Of a stretch of 64,000 bases of DNA, positions 37,353 through 50,400 are shown piece after piece; within the stretch, counting starts at the first letter, position 1; every line of letters begins with the position of its first letter. Position numbers and translations under genes: made by a program. The notes beneath the pieces are model-generated. The model saw nothing but the letters and a program-made list of their open reading frames with translations, was not told the origin of the DNA and did not search any database. This DNA comes from Macrostomum hystrix (lineage: Eukaryota; Animalia; Platyhelminthes), in the NCBI GenBank assembly GCA_950097015.1, contig CATNEN010000034.1, forward strand, positions 5,890,001 through 5,954,000, in the 5' to 3' direction.

Positions 37353-37772
37353 ACTGAGCAGCTGAGCTTAATGGCTTCTTCTTCGTCCATGTTGCTCGGA
37401 CACTATCCGATGTACCAGCGTTCAGTTACACTGACAAGAAACCTCATCGGATCCATTTTTACTAGATGTGCGAAGCTTACTTCGATACGGAGGGTTCGAG
37501 TCTGTGTTAGTCAATTTTGTCACGGACCTTGGACTCAGGGCGCAATACGACGTATTTGTTGATGCGTTATAAATGCTGTCTAAATCATAGTTACAAAATT
37601 ATTTTTACCTGTTATTTTCTGGTAAAAGATCGTATTTTGATTCGCTGCAAGCCTAGAAAGCCTAGAACACTGTTTCTAGAGAGCATCTGCGCTTAGTGCA
37701 TTGTATCTTACCAAGAACGGATAAACTTAGTCGCCTAAGCATGTCCTAATTTGGATAATTTATAATCTTTTT

Positions 37773-38092
37773 TGGGGATTCTACGAATCGGGGATTCTAC
37801 GAATCGGGGATTCTACGAATCGGGGATTCTACGAATCGGGGATTCTACGAATCGGGGATTCTACGAATCGGGGATTCTACGAATCGGGGATTCTACGAAT
37901 CGGGGATTCTACGAATCGGGGATTCTACGAATCGGGGATTCTACGAATCGGGGATTCTACGAATCGGGGATTCTACGAATCGGGGATTCTACGAATCGGG
38001 GATTCTACGAATCGGGGATTCTACGAATCGGGGATTCTACGAATCGGGGATTCTACGAATCGGGGATTCTACAAATCGGGGATTCTACGAAT
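37773..38092. repeat. Minisatellite, 16-bp unit GGGATTCTACGAATCG, ~20 copies, internally palindromic
   Basis: Directly visible; GATTC and GAATC alternate. Confidence 0.97.
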
Positions 38093-38611
38093 TAGAAATC
38101 AATATTTCAGTGGATTGTAAATAAGGTAGTTTTACGTGACAAGTTTTACAAATATTACAAATCTTTACTTTAATAAAGTATGGAGTTTTTCTCGGCTGTG
38201 ACAGCCACACAAAATGTTTTCTGCTGTTGCAATTGTGAGTTGTTGTTTTTGTTGGCTGTGAGTTTATTTGTCTCGCGACGTAACCATTCATTTTACTGCC
38301 TATTAAGTACACAACTTTGTCTATATAAATCTTTAATTCGTAGTCCTATGCAATTAGCACCCACCCTATTTACATTTTTTGCACCCGATTCTGTGGTATT
38401 CTGTGAAGTGCGTTGAATTTTCTAGAAAACGGAAACATTCAACAGTATGTTGCGTTTTACGAAATTTATTTTTTATTATCATTGTTCTACGCATTTTTGT
38501 TGTCTGGAACTCCTAATCTAGTCTATCTCTTGTTTTTTACTGCTTCACTTTTTTATAATACGAGCTTTCTGCAAATTAAGTTTTACACTTTTCATATTAA
38601 TCTCCTTTTAT

Positions 38612-39213
38612 TTCTGTAGATCTCCTTGGATTTCTATAGATCTCCTTGGATTTCTATAGATCTGCTTGGATTTCTATAGATCTCCTTGGATTTCTATAGA
38701 TCTGCTTGTATTTCTATAGATCTGCTTGTATTTCTATAGATCTGCTTGGATTTCTATAGATCTCCTTGGATTTCTAAAGATCTCCTCTGATTTCTGTAGA
38801 TCTCCTTGGATTTCTGTAGATCTCCTTGGATTTCTGTAAGTCTCCTTGGATTTCTAAAGATCTCCTCTGATTTCTGTAGATCTTCTTGGATTTCTATAGA
38901 TCTCCTTGGATTTCTATAGATCTCCTTGGATTTTTATAGATCTCCTTGGATTTCTAAAGATCTCCTCTGATTTCTGTAGATCTCCTTGGATTTCTGTAGA
39001 TCTCCTTGGATTTCTGTAGATCTCCTTGGATTTCTATAGATCTGCTTGGATTTCAATAAATCTGCTTGGATTTCTGTAGATCTCCTTGGATTTCTATAGA
39101 TCTCCTTGGATTTCTATAGATCTGCTTGGATTTCAATAAATCTGCTTGGATTTCTGTAGATCTCCTTGGATTTCTATAGATCTCCTTGGATTTCTATAGA
39201 TGTCCTTGGATTT
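38612..39213. repeat. Minisatellite, 20-bp unit GATCTCCTTGGATTTCTATA, ~30 copies
   Basis: Directly visible tandem array. Confidence 0.95.
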
Positions 39214-39603
39214 TTAATTATGTGCTTCGCTTTTCGTGGATAATCTATGAACTTGTGACAGGTTTTTCGACAGGTTTTTTCTGACAATGACGTCAGTGTT
39301 CGTTTAGTCTGAGTGTTTCTAGGGTACTTTTTAATGAAGCCGTCAATTGAGTCGAAAGATTTTTTCATGTCCCTTCATACTGTCTCCGACTATATATTAA
39401 CTGTGACCTTTCGTATTACTTCGTAATAATAAATGCTAGACTTCTCGCTGAAGTTCTGTAGTCTAAAACAAAAAGCATTAGCAGTTTAATATACGAAAAT
39501 TATTTACAATTCAATTAAACCGATACGGTCAACTCGTATTATCGAAATTGTTCAAAGGCAGACATGTATTTACTTTATTGCTTTCACCAAACTCATTTTT
39601 CTC

Positions 39604-41317
39604 TACTGACATCTTCAATTAGTGATATCTTCACTGACGTATTGAATCACTGACATCTTCAATTAGTGATATCTTCACTGACGTATTGAATCACTGACAT
39701 CTTCAATTAGTGATATCTTCCCTGACGTCTTGACTCACTGATATCTTCACTCACTGACATCTTCACTCACTGACATCTTCAATCACTGACATCTTTACTG
39801 ACTGACATCTTCACTCACTGACATCTTCACTCACTGACATCTTCACTGACGTCTTGACTCACTGACATCTTCACTCACTGACATCTTCAATTAGTGATAT
39901 CTTCACTGACGTCTCGACTCACTGACATTTTCACTCACAGACATATTCAATCACTGACATCTTTACTCACTGACATCTTCACTCACTGACATCTTCACTC
40001 ACTGACATCTTCACTCACTGACATCTTCACTCACTGACATCTTCACTGACGTCTTGACTCACTGACATTTTCACTCACAGACATATTCAATCACTGACAT
40101 CTTTACTCACTGACATCTTCACTCTCTGACATCTTCACTCTCTGACATCTTCACTCACTGACATCTTCACTGACGTCTTGACTCACTGACATTTTCACTC
40201 ACAGACATATTCAATCACTGACATCTTTACTCACTGACATCTTCACTCACTGACATCTTCACTCTCTGACATCTTCACTCACTGACATCTTCACTCACTG
40301 ACATCTTCACTCACTGACATCTTCACTGACGTCCTGACTCACTGACATCTTCACTCACTGACATCTTCACTGACGTCTTGACTCACTGACATCTTCACTC
40401 ACTGACATCTTCACTCACTGATATCTTCACTCGCTGAAATCTTCACTCACTGACATCTTCAATCACTGACATCTTTACTCACTGACATATTCACTCACTG
40501 ATATCTTCACTCACTGACATCTTCACTCACTGACATCTTCAATCACTGACGTCTTTACTCACTGACATCTTCACTCACTGACATATTCACGCACTGACAT
40601 CTTCACTCACTGACATCTTCACTGACGTCTTGACTCACTGACATCTCGACTCACTGACATCTCGACTCACTGACATCTTCAATCACTGACATCTTCACTG
40701 ACGTCTTGACTCACTGACATCTCGACTCACTGACATCTTCAATCACTGACATCTTCACTGACGTCTTGACTCACTGACATCTCGACTCACTGACATATTC
40801 ACTCACTGACATCTCGACTCACTGACATCTCGACTCACTGACATCTTCAATCACTGACATCTTCACTGACGTCTTGACTCACTGACATCTCGACTCACTG
40901 ACATCTTCAATCACTGACATCTTCACTGACGTCTTGACTCACTGACATCTCGACTCACTGACATATTCACTCACTGACATCTCGACTCACTGACATCTTC
41001 AATCACTGACATCTTCACTGACATCTCGACTCACTGACATCTTCAATCACTGACATCTTCACTGACGTCTTGACTCACTGACATCTCGACTCACTGACAT
41101 CTTCAATCACTGACATCTTCACTGACGTCTTGACTCACTGACATCTCGACTCACTGACATATTCACTCACTGACATCTCGACTCACTGACATCTTCAATC
41201 ACTGACATCTTCACTGACGTCTTGACTCACTGACATCTCGACTCACTGACATCTTCAATCACTGACATCTTCAATCACTGACATCTTCAATCACTGACAT
41301 CTTCAATCACTGACATA
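39604..41317. repeat. Compound minisatellite, 16/12-bp units based on TCACTGACATCTTCAC, with 44-bp and 60-bp higher-order units
   Basis: 44-bp period at 39606, 39650 and 39694; 60-bp period at 40681 and 40741. Confidence 0.95.
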
Positions 41318-43623
41318 TTTTGGTTGTAAAAAGTTGTGAGCGCTTTCCATTACTACTGCTCTTGAGTAGACATTGCAGATTGTGAATTGTCTCGATTGTG
41401 TATTAACGTCTAATGAGACAAAATAGCTTGTTGGAAGCATCGCACACAATATACTCGTATTTAAAATATGTAATTATCGACTAAGCACACTACCTGCGTT
41501 AAGTGAAAGCAACGATTTGCGAAGCACCATTTCTAGTAACAAGATTGAGTAATAAAAATCAATTCCCGTAATCTCACGTGCTCGAATGTCACATTGGGGG
41601 GAAGGGGAATCGAAATCATCTCCCAGTGGCAAGCTGCTTCGATGAGTCTGACGAGTTTATTACTCGCACGAGCTTTAAAATAGTCGAGTAAGGAATAACT
41701 GTGCTCACAAGAGCTCGGGCTAAACTGTTGAGAGAGGGTAGAAGGGAAATTCGTCTGCTCAGTGCACCTTCACGGAGCTGGTTCGAGTCCGAGCTTAGCA
41801 GAATCTCTCAAATTCGTATAGAAATGCAAATCGATGAATGCGAGCTGGTCTTTGAGTTGATTCTGTTGCACACAGATCAGCAGCTTACCTACCTTGTATT
41901 TCTTAAACGGGAGTTCAGTGAGAACTTGAACTTCGCTTCCCATCTATTTGTCCTACGAGTATTAGGTTTAGTCCGATTGTCTGAAATTTAGTTTTCGTTA
42001 ATTTTAATAAATATGTTAATTGATTTATGACTTGACGCTTATCTGCGTGTTTAGAACGTCTAGATGGCTTAATTTATTTTTATTCTCTTTTTATTGCATA
42101 ACGCGATAAGCAATTTACGAATTAGCTTTCACTACTAGTACATTGTTTTTCTATCGTATACTCGTGACTAAAGTGTCCGCGACTGCTTCTGGTTTATAGC
42201 GGAGTTGGGGTCGAGGTCGAGGCCCTCGGTCTCGTATAAGTCTGGTGCGGCCTTCGCTGCACCCACCTCACTCCCCCGGCTGGCCCCCTTCCCCGCCCAG
42301 CGAATGTACATTAGCCGTGAGGTGGGCGCCTGTTGGATCAGCTCCTGATCAAAGCCTACTGGTTTATTATAGCAGCTTATCTGTACATTAGATTACTTAT
42401 CTGTTTTCTAGATGCAACGAATCGATCTATCGCAATATAGCTAAGTTAAGATCGAAACCGATATTTTCTCGAATTCGGAACGGCTTCGGATATTTTACAT
42501 TCTCACACAACTGCAGTGTACTGTCAAATTAATTTTAACTTCAACTTCGATTCCGTCTGCTACTAGATAATGTCCTGTACTTTTAATTATATTGCAATAG
42601 TTCCGAAGTGAAATACTCTCCCCGCATCGAATTTTATTTCGACAGCAATCTGCGGTGAGTTGCGCGTCATATACTGATATTGTAGTGACTGCTTATTTTA
42701 CCCGTCTCTTGTGCTGCCGTTTTTAGTGGCACCGCAACTTTCAGAGCCTAGTTTGACCTACGGATGAATGCTAAATTCTTGAATACACTTCGCTCAGGCC
42801 CCTCAGAATTCCGCCAGCCTAATCAGATCACACACTTCCCAGTGTGTGATCAGGTGACCTGCCTGTACGGATTCCGAGATCCCTAGCACACAATTGCTCG
42901 CTCGCATTATTTAAAAGGCTAGGAGCCTTGGGTCTGGCTGACACAGCGACTCAGTGACACTACACAATGCCTCATCCAGCCCCCACCCCAGTCATTTCCC
43001 ATTCTATTCTTCCCTCGGTGAATTCTCAGTTCTCCCAACAACTCAAAAACCTCCAGCCTGCCCTGCTCCTCGTCACTCCCCAACTCCTGCAGAGTCTCTG
43101 GAGTTTTAGAACGAGGCAGGCAATGAGGAGAGTCGGTTCAGGCGGAGGGGGCGGTTGAGGAAGAGGAGCGATTGGGGCCAGCGGGGAAGAAAGGCTAGGT
43201 AGGATCGGGGCTGTGGGGTGGGCATCGGAGACAATGCGAAGCGAGCGGCGAAGGGCCTCGAGGAGGTGGGGATGGGGCTAGGTTGGGGTCTGGAAGGTGG
43301 TAAGTTGGCCAACCAGAGCGGGCAGCACTGGGATCCGGGGCTTGGGGAGGTCCAGACGAATTGGCATTTTCATAAATAAATAAGCAGCCCCCCTGTCAAC
43401 AAGAGGAGACTCACCAGAGAGCTGGCGCGGACCCACCTCAACACAATTCTTCCTGCCCAAATTTCAGAGCCCATAAGAGAGACGGCGCGCAGAGCGGGCC
43501 ATTACCCTCCCAGCACCCGACGCATCTCATCGACAACTTCTCCCACCCATTGTTCGTCCTCAATAATTCAGCCAGTTGTAGCTGTGTCCGGCAGTAACCA
43601 GGCTTCCCAGGCAGCACGCAGAC

Positions 43624-44463
43624 ATGTCCGAGCCACTCACCTGTGCGCCGAGCATACTCACCAGCGCCGCTGTTGGCGGCGGCATCGACAGTCCCAGCAT
43701 TGGCGCCGCCAGCGACGCCACTGGACCGGACAGTCCGGCCTCAGACGCTCTGTCAGTCGTTGTGCCGATGACCGCCGAAGCTTCTTCGCCGGCGCCGCCA
43801 CCGGAGCAGCAGCAGCAGCAGCCGTCGTCGTCAACCCCGCAGCCGACTCAGCCGCATCCGCAGCACGTCAAGTCGCAGGCTAAAAAGTCGTTTGTCTGGC
43901 GCTATTTCACCCACCCGTCTGACGATTCGGGAATGCCCGACATTAAGAAGACCGTTTGCAGCATCTGCAGCGCGGTTCTAGCCTTCAACAACTCCGGCAC
44001 AACCACCACAATGCTGAACCACCTGAAGAGTCGGCACGGCGATGTGGCTCGTCAGGAGGAGGAGCAGAAGCGCGGTCGCGGCGGCGCTCCGACGGTTGTC
44101 AAGGAGAAGACTGGCGGCAAGTCGACGCCCTCCGCAGCTGAGGGCAGCAACCAGACTTCGCCAGCATCTGGGACTGCCGCCAAGCAGGGGCAGCAGCAGC
44201 AGAAGGCCAGCGCTACTGGCGGAGGCAAGTCAACTCCAAGCTCGCAGGCTCAGCTGCAGACAGCGCCGCCGCAGCCTCCGTCTCAACAGGTGCCGCTGCC
44301 GCTAACGGTTGCGGTGAGAGCCGAGCAGCTGCAGGTGCCGTCAGTGAAGTGCGCCACCGAATTCGTCGGCGTTGAAGGCGGAGGAGCAGCTAGGGGCGGT
44401 CGCGTGTCTGGGATCGCTGGCCTACCCTCCCAACAGCAGCAGCAGCAGCAGGCCATTGACAAG
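43624..44463 (+). CDS. ZBED-like gene exon 1: BED zinc finger
   Basis: KKSFVWRYFTHP...KTVCSICSAVLAFNNSGTTTTMLNHLKSRH is a W-x2-F, C-x2-C, H-x4-H BED finger. Donor AAG|gtaggc at 44464. Confidence 0.9.
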
Positions 44464-47400
44464 GTAGGCCACCAACGATTTCGGAAGTCCCGCCCCTCCG
44501 TCCTCGTTCATCCATCCAGTCTTCACAGCCAGTTCTCACCTCCGTCTTGCCTCACTTTCATTTTCTTTCAGCCCTCCGGGCTTTCACTTTTTTGCTCGCG
44601 GATTTTTTAAGCCCCTTTTGCGACATTTTTTTCGGACCTTGCCGCGGCTGAAAGGCGCAAGAGCGCGGGGATCAATCTGTCGAGTCCCTCTCGCAGCAGG
44701 GCCTCCTCAACTTTTGCCTCCAAATCTTCTTTCTTCTATCCATCTTCTCAACCCCCGCCCCTAACTCAGGAAACCCCTACTCAACTTGAGGCTGGCCTCT
44801 GGGACTCATAGTCTTCGTTGCGCACAATGAAGTGTCGCACCGATTTTTTTTCGAAATCCCGGGGCTTGAAATCTTCCCTCCCCCAGCCTTTCCTCTCTCT
44901 CTGCCGGTGTTTAAAGTGGGAATTGAGTTAAGGTGTTTTTTCACCTACACACTCCAAGAGCTTCAATCCCAATGAGGCCCCGGAGCAAGTGCGAGCTTGC
45001 ATTGCTCAGGGGGCCAGGTTTTTACCAAACTTTTTTATAGCCAGAGTCTCGACCCCATTGTTAACCATTCATGACCGCTTTTGGGCTCCAACCAACATTG
45101 ATGAATTGGTCCACCCCCAGTCTTCTTCAATGTGGTGTGTGCACAATAATAGCCTGTCTGCTCGACCCCCTGAACTGCTCAATGCTGCTGCTGCGAGCTG
45201 CATAAAAGAATTTGCAATGAGTTGAATTGCTTTTTTCTCCCCCACCCCATCTTACAACTCCGTCTCCTCTGTCCTCGCTGTTTCGCTCCCCTCCCAATCC
45301 TCAGCTTGAAGGCTTTCTGGTCTCAAGACCCGGAAGTTGCTGGTGCGGCTGCCTATGGATGCGATGCTAGTTTAAACTTAAAATTCCAGAATCGGATTGC
45401 GGGCAATCGGTCCTATTTTTTGAGTATCGGGATCTGGGCTCCTAAAAAAGACCTTAAGAGACTGATGCGAGCGGTAATCACCTTTCATGCGTCCACAGCC
45501 CCAAGCATCAGGCCATTGTGCAGTTGAGTGTTGGATCAGTGTGACAATGACGCATGCAATACTCGCCAGTTCTTATTGTTGTTGATTACTGGGGGAGAAT
45601 TACGAGTATAATCATGGGTCATGTTTTTTGAATTGGAGAATTCTGAGTGTTTTGGTCGGGTGTATTCATATCTTTTTGTTTAAATTATAACACTGAAAAA
45701 AATCGTATCGAATATTATGACAATGGGATAAAGATAATATCGTTTTCGTTACAAGCTCTGTTGCTTTTATTGCTACTATCTATGCGGACTCTTCCACAAT
45801 AGATCATGCAAGCCAAGCTGTTTCCTCTCTCACAGAAAAAATTCAACAGGTGAGAATATCTCATTCGAATCGGCACCTGTTGAAATTGTCCAAAGCTCCA
45901 CCACCACTTCGAATCCTGCCCGAGTCCCGTGTTTCGAAGTTCCCGGTTGGATACTAAAAAATATGAGAATTGTCCCGCATATTTCTTTTTCCGAAAATCC
46001 ACTCAATGTCTCCCGATGGCTAGAATTATTCCCCCCAAAAATCCCAAACTTATCTCCAACCTCATCGCTGGCTCGCTATGGGCTGGGGGATAAGCGAATG
46101 TTTGTCTGGCAGACGGAGAAAGCGATTCCGAAAGAAGCGAAGTTAAAAAAGGACTCAATATGGGAGTCGAGGGTTTAGCTGCATGCGGGAAATTGTTTGG
46201 TGGGAAGAATTTGAAGCGGAGCGAGCGCTTCGAGGAGGGAGGAGTGGCGTGTGGCCTCCGTAAAGAGGCTGAACTGAACGTGTGGGGGTCGAGCGAGCCC
46301 GGAGACGCTGGGGGGATGGTGCGCAAACAGGCGGGATGTGACTGGGAATTGGGATTCGAGAAAAACCGCTGCGGCTTTGTCTACTCCTCATTTCTGCGAA
46401 AATAAGAGAGGCCAGAGGCGGATAAAGAGTTTGCGAACGGAGGAGAAACGCTGGGGGTGGATTGCGAAATCGGCTGCGAGGAATCGGCCCGGGGACAAAT
46501 TGCGGAATTATTATAGAGAAGGGCTTCGCACACGGAATAAGCTTTTCGGGATTAGAGGCGATCGGTAGGTTCGCGGGAGGGGGTGAAGAAAAAACAAATC
46601 GGCTGCCAGAATCTTTCAGGTGCTGTTCCGCCGATTTCCTCACTGGCTGCTCGGTTTTTAGCTAAATAGAGCCACTTAAGAGCGCTGGGGATAATACATT
46701 TTGCTACTGGGACCTGGGATAAGGATTTTGAGGCAGACTCAAGGTTATGCTGTTGACGCCCAAAAGATTCGAAGATTCGAATACTACCTTGTTTAAGATT
46801 TCGAAATCTAGAATGGGATTTTGCGTTTATAATTTCATTTGTCGCAAAAATGTTAGAGCAACACTTTCAACTTCTTTTTCCCTCAGTCTGCACTACAGCA
46901 GCAAATGCAGCAGCAGCAGCAGCTACAGCAGTTTCAACAGCAGCAGCTTCAACAGCAGCAGCAGCAGCAAATCCCAGCTCAGGCCATGCAGTGGCACGCG
47001 GCGGCGGCTGCTGGCGCGGTGGCTCCCCCGTCGACCACTGGCGCGGTGCAAGACTTCTCTGCCCTGTTCTTGCCCAGCCACTGCTTTCCGAGCGCCTTCC
47101 CGCCTCTGGGCAGCCATCTCACCCTGCAGGAGGTGCTCTATACCAACGCCCTGGCTCAGATGTACCCCACAATGGCTCTGGCCAAAGGTGTCTACCGGCC
47201 TGCCAAGCACCACTCGCCAAACAGCTTCGCCGAAGAACTCGGAGGCGGAGACGCCTCCTCCGCCATGGCTGCGCAGAATGCTGCAGCAGCAGCCGCCGCC
47301 GCTGCCGCTGCCGCGGCTTCCGCCGCTAGCAACGCCACCACGGCTGTCAACGGCAGCATCGGCGTCGGCGGCGGTCTGCCAGATCCGAAGCGGGCCAAGC

Positions 47401-50400
47401 GGAAGGCTCCGGCTCCGCTGAGGAAGACCTCCGCTCCGCTGACAGCGACAGGGCAGGCCGGAGAGCCGACACCGACGACAACGGCGGCCAGCGATGGACC
47501 GATTGGAGCGGAGAGATTCGTGCACTTCCTGGCTAGGGATCTGCTGCCCGCCGATACCCTTTATCAGCCTGGCTTTCTGGTAAGCCACAATGCGAAGCCG
47601 CATATTAAAGACTCGATTTTGATCGGGACTGCATTAGTTCACACATCCGGAACACTCCCCCCCACAATGCCACTCTCCCAGACCTCCGTCTGAAAGTCGC
47701 TCTCCGAATTTTTGTTGTCCAGCTGGTTTCGTTCGCTCCCCTACCCGCCCGAGTAATTTCCCTTCTTTGCCTTAGTTCGTTTCTTTCACTAGCCTCACTC
47801 CGCAATTTCTGTCGTCCCTGTCATTCTCTCCAAATGTCCCCAATAAGTCTAGCGTCACGTTGCTCAGCCCCTCACAGCCCGAGTCCCGAGCAGTTCCGAG
47901 CTACTCGCTCGCTGACTCTCTCTCTCTGCCCCCTCCCACTCTTCTGCTTTGCGCAGAAGAAGTTGCAAAGCAGTTGAAATTTGGTCAAGACTCTCCCTCG
48001 GCGGTGCGACGGCTGTCAATTTTTTATGCTGCTGCTCCTCGACCCCCCCCTAGCTGACTGGCTGAACACAAAGATTGTTAATCTCTAAATTCGAACTCCT
48101 CCGACAGCGGCTGTGGCGGCGCTTGCTTTCTAACTTACCTTCCTGAGCAGGGGGAACTCGGACTCAAGGCCATGCCCGAATGCCAGCATGTCCCCCTCTA
48201 ACCAACCCAGCTGTGCCCAGCCTGGCATTTCATGCGCACTCAATGCATGCGCCGGTCAGAGCTTCAAACCCTCGTGACAGCTGATATCCCATTTAACCGA
48301 GTTATGCGGGCAACCCGAGTAATCCCTAGCTGAGGTACCCAGCCCACACCACCTACCGCCTCATTTAGTTCGATCTGATCCTATCCGATGGCTCGGGATT
48401 GTGTTGAATCCCACAAAATCCGCTGACCACCCCACCCCACCACCACAAAGCCTTCTTTGGAAGCAATGAGGATCGGAGTCGTCTATTTAGCCGCTAATAT
48501 TGGAAGATAGGTAGCTGTTGCAACTAGCTCTAGGTGGGGATTTCGCGGCCAAGACCTCAGCAACTCGAGCCCGCCAGGGGGGGACGAAACTTCTGTTCCC
48601 CTTCCCCCTCGCTCCCCTGACCTCCCGCAAAGCATTTTTCTTAACTCCTCGATTTCCTCTCCGAGGAGACTTTATTCTCTCTACCTCTCATTCTCTGCAG
48701 CCGCAGAATTAGGTAACGCCGGACAGTTTTTTGTGTGCGGCTTTAGAGAAGTTCGATTTCTGCAATATGGCGCCCTCCCCTACTCAGCCCTGCCAGCCCC
48801 AGCGGGGGTCTTAATCAACAGGAGCTGCCGGGGCATACTTAATACAGCATTGGAGAAGGGGAAAGGTTTATATTACGGAGGGAATTGGGGGGGCACCAAT
48901 TGTTCCCCTCCGCTATGGGGTTCACTTAGCTTGGTGAACTGCAGCGGGAGCTTTAGCCGGCATTTTTAATACCCACCGTCAACTGCATAAATATGAGCTC
49001 AGTGTGCTCAGAACTCGGACTCGTTTCGCTTCCCTTAGCCACTTCGGTGGGAGAAACGAGTGGAGCATTTTTTCTGCTTAGCTTGTGTGTGTGTGTGTGT
49101 GTGTCTGTGCTCCCAGCTCGCGAAATCTGCTGCCACAACTGGCCACTTTGCAAACAATACGCGATTCGACCCTTAGTCCTCTTCGTCGGCCATGGGGTTT
49201 TTCTGCAATGCCTTCCCCCCACCGCAGTCTGCTGCTGCTGCTGCACAGCGAACGCTCGAGCGAGAATGGTGTTTGTGTGCTGGTCCCAACCCGGCAGTCG
49301 AGTCCCAATCTCTCATTTTCTTTCTCCCAGACTTGCATTCTGCGGATACTAATCGCTGCTGTTTTTGGTAGGTCGCGGAGCAGGGCAGGGGGATTGGCTC
49401 ACGAGTGGGTTCTCGAATGAGTCCACCTGCCCACACCTCCGCTGCCATAGCCGTCTAGTTCAGGCTTATTTCGGCCAGTGGAAATAAAATGATTTCCTAA
49501 CAGCAAAAAAAACTCAGCGGGTTCGGTGGTGGCCGCATTGAACAGAACTGGCTATGTATTGAAGGCAGAAAAAGTTGGGATTTACTGCACCTGGATTTAT
49601 GCAACCAGCGGGGGTGCCGCTAATTGCATTGTGTGGCGTATGCCTGCACTCCGCACCTACCAAAACAGCGTTTTTTCATTTTTCGTAGAACTCATGCTTG
49701 CTCGTGAAGTCCTGAGCACAACAAAGCCAAAGAGCTCACTGAGTCAGCGGAGGGTCCGTATCACCGATCACCAACGATTCCGTCATTCACTGACCCTTCG
49801 CTTCATGTTTTACCATCCACTCCATGCATAAAATTCTCCCCATCCGAGTCCGGCGCTATCCTCCCCTCTCTGATCACTGAGTAACTCCCATTTTCTTCAG
49901 TTTTTTGAGAAGCTGGAGCGGATAGTGGGGCCAGCGGGCCTTCCTCGGTCCATTGACGGACGTGCGGGCGGGCTCCGCGGACAGATGGACGGATATGCAG
50001 CCTGACTGTCTGTCTCGGGACTGCCCCCTTCTCGACTCTCTCTCTAGTTCTCTCTCGCACCTTCATTTTTCATTCTGGCGACACCTTCTTGTTCTCTCGG
50101 GCGGGGGTTCTTCCTTCCTCCTTAGCCGAAAACTCGTGTCCGCGGCCCCTCCCGGTCTCGCAACTCCGAGGTAGAAATGCTCAACTCCTTCTCCCGCTTA
50201 GAGTTATATAGCAGCCATGTTCCTTCAAATTCTTACCCCTTCTGACCACCGTTTTCGATACCGACACAATGACCGAAGATTTAGGCTGGGGAGAAATATT
50301 AGTTGGAGTCGGTGGGGTGGCAGAATATATGAGTCTGCCATGTGAGTTGTTGCAAATTTTCGATATTTTTAATGCGGGCGACTCGTGCTCCACTGACTCA

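Noticed and set aside
44464-44610. C-terminal extension of the 328-aa ORF as a stand-alone BED protein
   Set aside because: Read-through past a good donor (AAG|gtaggc); splicing to 46887 gives a coherent hAT-derived protein. An intron-retained short isoform is not excluded.
45895-45935. TTCGAATCC B-box-like motif as a tRNA or SINE
   Set aside because: No cloverleaf, no A box, and no GG preceding TTCGA.
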